Of a DNA stretch of 6,990 bases, positions 1 to 6,003 are shown one piece after another. The first letter of the stretch is position 1; each line of letters starts with the position of its first letter. The notes under the pieces were generated by a model. The model made no database searches. It saw only the letters and a list, made by a program, of their open reading frames with translations, and was not told where the DNA came from. A program made the position numbers and the translations under genes. The DNA comes from Octopus sinensis (lineage: Eukaryota): the NCBI RefSeq assembly GCF_006345805.1, contig NW_021829134.1, positions 1-6,990 on the forward strand, read 5' to 3'.

Positions 1-78
1 TGGGTTTGGATGTTTATATTACATTTTCTTTCCGAACCCTACACTGCCTTCTCTCTTTACCACAATGTGTGTGTGCGG

Positions 79-445
79 TATATATGTATATATATATATA
101 TATATAATAATATATATATTATATAATATTATATATTATATATATATATATATATATACATACATACATACATAAATACATGTATATATATATATACATA
201 CATAAATACATATATGTAGTATGTATATAAACATGTATGTGTTTGTATATGCTTGTATATATACATGTATATATGGATGTACATATCTCTGTGCTAATAT
301 ATGTGTGAATATGTGTATTTAAGTATATATATGTATATATATATATACATTCATACATAAATACACATATACACACATGTATATATAATATACATGTATA
401 TAACATATATATATATACATATATTTATATATGTATCTGTGTGTG
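79..445. repeat. Compound (TA)n/(TACA)n/(TG)n microsatellite, low-complexity tract
   Basis: Read directly: near-continuous TA, TACA and TG units. Confidence 0.95.
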
Positions 446-505
446 TAAAGAGAGAGAGAGAGAGAAATAAAGAGAAGGAGGGAAAGAGAAAAAGCGAGAG
501 AGACG

Positions 506-585
<80 letters not shown>
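506..585 (+). repeat. Perfect (GATA)20 tetranucleotide microsatellite, preceded by a GA-rich purine tract (~447-505)
   Basis: Counted 20 uninterrupted GATA units from 506 to 585. Confidence 0.97.
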
Positions 586-586
<1 letters not shown>

Positions 587-1114
587 GGAAAGAGAGTGAA
601 ACAAAGACTGAGTAAATGTAGCTTGGTATAAATGGTGGTGAGGTTTGTGAGAGTACAGCTAGTTATATCTGTAACAGTTTTAGTGTTGGTGAGAGAGTCA
701 ATAGCAGCTAAAATGTATTTTCGCTAGTGTGGACAATAGTAATAAATATCGTTTCGTAGCTCTGACTATTGCCCTTAATTTGAGTGTAATGATGCCAGTA
801 AAATTTACTTGTTTTAGTGGTTGTAATGTTAATAAATTATACTCGTTGTATAGCCAGTAGTATTAGTATATGCGACAGCAGATGTAACAGATGCCGTTTA
901 GCCCCGAATCTTCCTTTAACCTGCAGTATCTAGCTAGATATAAACCAGATTGCCCCTTCCCTAGCATACAGTTTATTTAAATTCATGGATTTATCTCTCC
1001 TTCTCTGAACGAAAATCTTACAATTCCTGTTAGGGTTATACTATTTAAAGAACTTTTTAATAACTTAAAAGGGTTATTACGCCCGGCCTTTATTATATCC
1101 CCGAAAAGCGTCGA

Positions 1115-1353
1115 AGGTCCCTTCCCAACTATGGTTTCGTAAGGCCCGCTTCCCAAATTCTGTACAATGTATATATCCTCACTTTGTTTGGGACTCCCGT
1201 CCATCGGAGGATTGCTGGTTTTCTTCTCGATGACTGGATTGGAGGAATGTGAGATGAAGTGCATTGCTCAACACCACAATAGCGTCGTTTAAAGGAATCG
1301 AGACGACAAACTAACGATAATGAGTGCATCACTCCTAGCCACTAAGCCACGTA
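1115..1353 (-). mobile_element. Old, diverged tRNA-derived SINE with a CORE/MESC-like central domain
   Basis: The minus strand reads ACGTGGCTTAGTGGCTAGG (A-box-like) ... TCTCGATTCC (degenerate B-box) ... TTGAGCAATGCACTTCATCTCAC (CORE-like TTGAGCAAGACACTT motif) ... GATGGACGGGAGTCCC ... GGGAAGGGAC. This follows, from memory, the layout of a common Octopus SINE. Boundaries approximate. Confidence 0.7.
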
Positions 1354-1413
1354 CACACACATACACCCCCCACACACACACATACACATACATACAAACA
1401 CAGACACACACAT
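1353..1413. repeat. (CA)n/(CATA)n microsatellite between two SINEs
   Basis: Read directly. Confidence 0.9.
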
Positions 1414-1565
1414 ATACGAGGGGCTTCTTTCAGTCTCACAAGCCATTCGTCGGCTTGCCGCTATAAGTAGTCTAGATTTGCCCAAGGTGCCGCGCTGTGA
1501 GACTGGACCCGGGGATCGCATGGCTATCAAACAAGTATCTTAATCACACAGCTATACCTGTTCCG
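1414..1565 (-). mobile_element. Diverged, internally deleted tRNA-derived SINE (second family)
   Basis: The plus strand ATACGAGGGGCTTCTTTCAG...TTGCCCAAGGTGCCGCGCTGTGAGACTGGACCCGGG...TTAATCACACAGCTATACCTG is the reverse complement of a tRNA-like head (CTGTGTGATTAAG A-box-like; GGGTCCAGTCTC B-box-like) followed by the CACCTTGGGCAA CORE-like motif. The same family recurs at 6641-6732. Confidence 0.7.
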
Positions 1566-1580
1566 TGCTTATCTACCTTT

Positions 1581-1665
1581 ACACACACACACACATACAT
1601 TTACATATCTATTCATATTTTTCTCTCGCTTTTTCACTCTCTCTCTCTCTATATATATAGATATA

Positions 1666-1712
<47 letters not shown>
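1581..1712. repeat. Compound (CA)n-(CT)n-(TA)n microsatellite abutting the palindrome
   Basis: Read directly; a long pure (TA)n runs ~1677-1714. Confidence 0.9.
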
Positions 1713-1721
<9 letters not shown>

Positions 1722-1798
1722 TTCGAGACAAACCACTATTTTGCAAATCAAACGGAAAGACTTAATCAATACATAAAAAATTTTAATATAAAGTAAAT

Positions 1799-1852
1799 AA
1801 ATCGCCACTACAATTGTTTCATGTCTTCAAATGACATTCGTCAGGTGGATTT
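1799..1852 (-). ncRNA. Minimal type I hammerhead ribozyme (left arm, minus strand)
   Basis: Minus strand: AAAT-CCAC [stem I] CTGACGA [core] ATGTC-ATTTGAA-GACAT [stem II] GAAA C-AATT-G TA [stem III within the perfect palindrome ACAATTGT; GUA triplet] GTGG-CG-ATTT [stem I, CG bulge]. Predicted cleavage between 1809 and 1808. Confidence 0.85.
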
Positions 1853-1910
1853 CCGACTTCTAGTCAGTTTTAATTATGACTTCATAAATTAAAACTGACT
1901 AGAAGATCGG

Positions 1911-1964
1911 AAATCCACCTGACGAATGTCATTTGAAGACATGAAACGATTGTAGTGGCGGTTT
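1911..1964 (+). ncRNA. Minimal type I hammerhead ribozyme (right arm, plus strand)
   Basis: AAAT-CCAC(1911-18) CTGACGA(1919-25) ATGTC/GACAT stem II (1926-42) GAAA(1943-46) C-GATT-G-TA(1947-54) GTGG-CG-GTTT(1955-64). All conserved core nucleotides are present. Predicted cleavage after A1954. Confidence 0.85.
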
Positions 1965-2139
1965 ATTTACTTTATATTAAATTTTTTATGTATGATTAAG
2001 TCTTTCCTTGTTTGATTTGCAAAATAGTGGTTTTGTCTCGAATTAATATTATATAATATTTTACTATAAAATTGGATTTAATCCTAAATCTGATTTTTTT
2101 TTCCCTGTAATTTTGGATTTATTCCCTAATATTTATTAT

Positions 2140-2500
2140 TATATATATATATATATATATATTATATAATATATAATATATATCGTACATACATATTATA
2201 TATATACTATACATATATAATATATAATATAAATATATATACATACCTACATACATACACACATCCATACACATATATATATGTATATATATATATGCTT
2301 GCAACGAATATGGTGTGCGCGAAGCGCACTGAATGAACCAGCTGGGGGATATGTCTTCCTGGGGTTAAAAGCCGCGTTAAAATGGCGATAAACAATACTA
2401 TGTGTGTGTGTATTGTGTGTATATACATATATATATATATATATTCATACATATATATATATATATATACATATGTATATATATATATGCACATATACAA
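2140..2500. repeat. Two (TA)n/(TACA)n/(TG)n tracts (~2140-2296 and ~2399-2500) around a ~100-bp GC-richer island
   Basis: Read directly. Confidence 0.85.
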
Positions 2501-2587
2501 ATGCACGTAAGATGTGAATGGAATTTGCAATCGGATTAACGAGTAATCCCTAGGGGCAACTAATTTAGCGATGATTCCTTTCTAGAT

Positions 2588-2840
2588 CACTGGTTTTTCG
2601 CTTGGGTTCCATATGAACCCCGAGGGCCCACATGAAATTTCTTTCTGAAAATTTATCTGCGAATCGAGATGAGTTAAACTTGTAACAATTTTCAAAATAT
2701 TTTAAACAATTTTTTTAAAAATACAATTCCTAACAATATATAATAAAGGGGATTTTTAAACATCGGATCCCTATCAGGGTCCACCCGAATGAAATAAATA
2801 GCGAAAGGATCCTTCGATAAAGAGTGCTTGAGGAACGTAG
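2588..2840. mobile_element. Degenerate non-autonomous hAT (Charlie-like) MITE
   Basis: Flanked by an 8-bp near-direct repeat, TTCTAGAT (2580-87) / CTCTAGAT (2841-48), matching the NTCTAGAN target typical of Charlie-type hAT elements. The ends CACTGGTTTTTC... and ...CTTGAGGAACGTAG resemble decayed CAGTGGTTCTCAA-type TIRs. Subterminal GGGTTCC/GGGCCC/GGGTCC/GGATCC motifs are present. Confidence 0.55.
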
Positions 2841-2974
2841 CTCTAGATGAGAAAACAAAAACAAAAAAAACTCACAATAACTGGGCGTTGTTCGCTAACG
2901 TGCCTTAACCGGAAATAATATTTCTGATCTTTTTGTAATATATATCGTAAACGCCATACTACCTTAGTCATATG

Positions 2975-3142
2975 ATAATAATAATAATAATAATAATCCT
3001 TTCTACTCTAGCACAAGGCCTGTAATTTGGGGGAGGGTGCTAGTTGATTATATCAACCACAGTGTTCGACTGTTACTTATTTAATTGACCCCAAAAGGAT
3101 GAAAGGCAAAGTTGATCTCGACGGAATTTGAACTCAGAACGT
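2975..3142 (-). mobile_element. 3' half of a SINE with a Nin-like central domain and (ATT)n tail; tRNA head missing
   Basis: The minus strand contains CTTTGCCTTTCATCCTTTTGGGGTCAATTAAATAAGTAAC (Nin-domain-like, from memory) and ends in an (ATT)n tail (2975-2997). It stops abruptly after ...GAACTCAGAACGT on the plus strand. Confidence 0.75.
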
Positions 3143-3472
3143 CTGGCAGCAGGATTTGGTTCACTGCTTACAACCGGAAGGAATCCGCCATGGATGTTGG
3201 CGAATTTCTACGACTTCGCCAGCCTCAGTTACTGGCCCCATAATAGCCCCGATTATAATATAATGCCATGGGGTACTGTGTGGGGCCCCGTTGAGAGAGA
3301 CACTAACCGCTCAGCCCGCAACAGCAGGGATGGGCTGGTGACCAGGATCAAAGAGGGGTTGGAAGAATTTCCCACGGATACAGGGAGAAAGGCGTGCGCC
3401 TGGCTCCGGAGCCGTCTTGAGGCCGCGTTAGAAGCTGAGGGCAGCTACTTTGAGTGGAGTGTCAGGTCTTGA
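3141..3472 (+). pseudogene. C-terminal fragment of a Tc1/mariner transposase, DD37D (maT) type; frameshifted and catalytically dead
   Basis: VWQQD (3141-3155) carries the 2nd catalytic Asp. After a -1 shift the sequence reads ...WMLANFYDFASLSYWPHNSPDYN, then VWGPVERDTNRS...IKEGLEEFP...ACAWLRSRLEAALEAEGSYFE. This matches the WPxNSPDxNPxD and ACxRFRxRLEAVxEAxGxxFE motifs. Correcting the shifts gives 37 residues between the 2nd D and the 3rd-D position, which is now GGG (Gly). Confidence 0.85.
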
Positions 3473-3556
3473 GCTTTTAAAATACTTCTAATTTTGTGTG
3501 CGATATTGTTTCCTTTTCCTTTCATGCCAAATGTCAAACTGACACCGAACAGCCAG
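3473..3556 (+). mobile_element. 3' UTR and right terminal inverted repeat (~3531-3556) of the maT element, followed by TA (3557-58)
   Basis: ...ATGTCAAACTGACACCGAACAGCCAG|TA lies ~85 bp after the stop codon, and TA is the canonical Tc1/mariner target duplication. No matching left TIR is seen in the window. Confidence 0.55.
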
Positions 3557-3589
3557 TATATATGTCTGTATATGTATATGTGTATCCAT

Positions 3590-3974
3590 GGAGGCGCAAT
3601 GGCCCAGTGGTTAGGGCAGCGGACTCGCGGTCATAGGATCGCGGTTTCGATTCCCAGACCGGGCGTTGTGAGTTGTTTATTGAGCGAAAAAACACCTAAA
3701 AGCTCCACGAGGCTCCGGCAGAGGATGGTGGTGATCCTGTTGTACTCTTTCACCACAACTTTCTCTCACTCTTACTTCCTGTTTCTGTTGTACCTGTATT
3801 TCAAAGGGCCGGCCTTGTCACTCTCTGTGTCACGCTGAATATCCCCGAGAACTACGTTAAGGGTGCACGTGTCTGTGGAGTGCTCAGCCACTTACACGTT
3901 AATTTCACGAGCAGGCTGTTCCGTTGATTCGGATCAACTGGAACCCTCGTCGTCGTAACCGACGGAGTGCTTCC
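3590..3974 (+). mobile_element. Full-length young tRNA(Arg-like)-derived SINE, copy 1, with a 12-bp target-site duplication
   Basis: A-box TGGCCCAGTGG and B-box GGTTTCGATTCC. TSD ATGTGTATCCAT at 3578-3589 and 3975-3986. About 96% identical to the inverted copy at 4165-4546. The head resembles tRNA-Arg, consistent with the known tRNA-Arg-related Octopus SINEs. Confidence 0.93.
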
Positions 3975-4164
3975 ATGTGTATCCATATAATTTTCGTTTC
4001 GAATCCGTGTGAATGTGTATAGAATAACAAACCAGTTGAATAAAGTTAAAACATGTCCTGGTTTTCACGTTTTCTATTATGGTATTTTAACAAAATTAGT
4101 GCTTTCATACATAGCGTACTCAACCTCCAACTTTATTGGAGCATGTATATATATATATAGATAT

Positions 4165-4546
4165 GGAAGCACTCCGTCCGTTACGACGATGAGGGTTCCG
4201 GTTGATCCGAATCAACGGAACAGCCTGCTCGTGAAATTAACGTGTAAGTGGCTGAGCACTCCACAGACACGTGTACCCTTAACGTAGTTCTCGGGGATAT
4301 TCAGCGTGACACAGAGAGTGACAAGGCCGGCCCTTTGAAATACAGGTACAACAGAAACAGGAAGTAAGAGTGAGAGAAAGTTGTGGTGAAAGAGTACAGC
4401 AGGGATCACCACCATCCCCTGCCGGAGACTCGTGGAGCTTTATGTGTTTTCGCTCAATAAACACTCACAACGCCCGGTCTGGGAATCGAAACCGCGATAC
4501 TATGACCGCGAGTCCACTGCCCTAACCACTGGGCCATTGCGCCTCC
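4165..4546 (-). mobile_element. Full-length SINE, copy 2, inverted (tail-to-tail) relative to copy 1
   Basis: Its reverse complement aligns end-to-end with 3590-3974 with ~14 differences by manual count. No clean TSD was found. Confidence 0.93.
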
Positions 4547-4690
4547 ACCTGAGATATAGATATATACATATATGAGCAGATCTAAAATAAAAAATAGAAA
4601 AACAACAAAAGTTAATTAGTTGCACAGAGTAAATATCTTAGAGTGACGCTAATTGAAAGATTACGATGAAAAAAAAATAGGAGAGGAAAA

Positions 4691-4717
4691 GACGTTTCGA
4701 GCATGGCTCTTCGTCGG
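4691..4717 (-). ncRNA. Degenerate hammerhead-ribozyme motif of a second Penelope-type family, probably inactive
   Basis: Minus strand: CCGACGA-A-GAGC-CAT-GCTC-GAAAC-GTC. The core CUGA is mutated to CCGA, stem II GAGC/GCTC is intact, the ACGT palindrome sits at stem III, and stem I pairing is not evident. Confidence 0.5.
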
Positions 4718-5081
4718 AAAGAGGAAAAAGTCCGGAGAAGACGAAAAGGAGGAAAAAGCAGACAGTCTGGAGAAGGGCACGTGAATCGTTTGTCGTATTT
4801 GTTTTTTGTTTGTTTTTGTATGAAAATGTAAATGCGCCGATTCAGTATTAAACCCGCCGGCTGGAAGTATGCGAAGCATTATATATGTTAATTTATGATA
4901 ATTTATGTGGGGAGAAAAACTGATTGCGTAACATGAGCTGCGCTTTCATCCGGCCGGTCATCGGTCAAGCGTAGAAGACAAGGATTTGGATAGGAAAGGA
5001 ATGAGTCTTGTAGGAGCCAATCTAATAATTTCTATGCATTCATTAATACATACATACATAATCCATGCACATGCCACCGTG

Positions 5082-5316
5082 TATAAAAAATATATTTGCA
5101 TCTTTATCCACACACACATATATATATATAATTATATATATATATATTATATATATATATATTATATATAATATATTATATACATATATATATAATATAC
5201 ATACATATATATGTATATATATATGTATATGTATGTTATATATGTATATATATATATGTATATATATGTATATATAACATAATACATATACATATATATA
5301 TATATATAGATATATA

Positions 5317-5353
<37 letters not shown>

Positions 5354-5377
5354 GATAAAGATGCAACTATTTTATAT
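5082..5377. repeat. Inverted repeat enclosing an AT microsatellite (fold-back or MITE-like)
   Basis: TTGCATCTTTATCCACACACACA (5096-5118) is the exact reverse complement of 5344-5366 (23 bp). Looser matches extend outward (TATAAAAA(A)TA) and inward into (TA)n. Confidence 0.75.
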
Positions 5378-5565
5378 ATATATATATAAACGCACACATA
5401 CATATATACATACATACATATATAAATACATGCATGCATACACAAACACGCACACACATATATGTATGCATATATACATACCTATATACCTGTATATATT
5501 ATATCTATATACCTGTATATATATATATATATATAATTTATATATATATATACATCCGTATTTAT

Positions 5566-5598
<33 letters not shown>

Positions 5599-5690
5599 TT
5601 GCACATATATATGTACACACACACGCACACGTACATATTCACACACGCACACACACATATATACACATACATACATACATATACACGCGT
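5378..5690. repeat. Compound (TA)n/(CA)n/(TACA)n microsatellite
   Basis: Read directly; a further (TG)n tract lies at ~5828-5868. Confidence 0.9.
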
Positions 5691-6003
5691 GCGCATTTGA
5701 GTCGTTGAGAGGTAGTTAGGATGACATTATGGGCAGAGTGACGATGGCGGGGTCTAAGTCGGACGCTGGGGGAAGAGGTTTGACTACAAATGTACTACAA
5801 GCCGTCCGCAGCCTATATACATATAAGTGTGTGTATATGTGTGAGTGTGTGTGTGTGTGTATGTGTGTGCGATTATTTGAGAGTGCGGCCATTATTGAGG
5901 GACAGCGTGACACGAGTTATTTATGAAATGAACGCCAGCCTATAGGGGTTAGCGGTTAGAATGCTAGGTCACAGCAGCTCCCTACAATGGCAGTAATTAA
6001 TTT

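Larger units (their letters stand above)
1709..2055. repeat. ~347-bp near-perfect palindrome, probably an inverted duplication of a Penelope-like pLTR or retrozyme unit
   Basis: Manual alignment of the left arm 1709-1879 (171 bp) with the reverse complement of the right arm 1882-2055 (174 bp) gives 2 substitutions and 6 small indels. The spacer is 2 nt (CT, 1880-1881). Each arm contains a hammerhead motif. Confidence 0.95.

Noticed and set aside
119-406. Y/I/C/V/H/T-rich ORFs here and at 1342-1808, 2119-2530 and 4986-5926
   Set aside because: They are translations of (TA)n/(CA)n/(TG)n microsatellites, which lack stop codons in some frames; no protein motifs.
983-1332. 93-aa and 67-aa minus-strand ORFs; MDGSP recalls the MGSP motif of Penelope RT
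   Set aside because: The segment is better explained at DNA level as a diverged SINE (1115-1353). There is no YxDD motif or other RT domain in any frame examined.
1709-2055. Palindrome as a pure sequencing fold-back artefact
   Set aside because: Not favoured: symmetry stops sharply at 1709/2055 with unrelated flanks, and the arms differ by two substitutions. It cannot be fully excluded without raw reads.
3590-3665. tRNA gene (also 4470-4546 on the minus strand)
   Set aside because: A and B boxes are present, but there is no proper acceptor stem and the sequence continues into a 385-bp repeated body with a TSD, so it is a SINE head.
3494-4464. ORFs of 61-114 aa overlapping the two SINEs
   Set aside because: Chance open frames across non-coding SINE sequence; similar peptides on opposite strands merely reflect the inverted copies.
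3590-4546. Possible ADAR A-to-G signature among differences between the SINE copies
   Set aside because: The ~14 differences are a mix of indels, CpG-type transitions and transversions with no A-to-G excess.
4154-4562. ATATAGATA on both sides of SINE copy 2 as a TSD
   Set aside because: The right copy is offset by 7 nt (ACCTGAG) from the SINE end and the motif is low complexity.
5937-5975. TAGCGGTTAGAATGCTAGGTCACAG, an A-box-like SINE/tRNA head remnant
   Set aside because: Too short and no B-box follows; cannot be supported.
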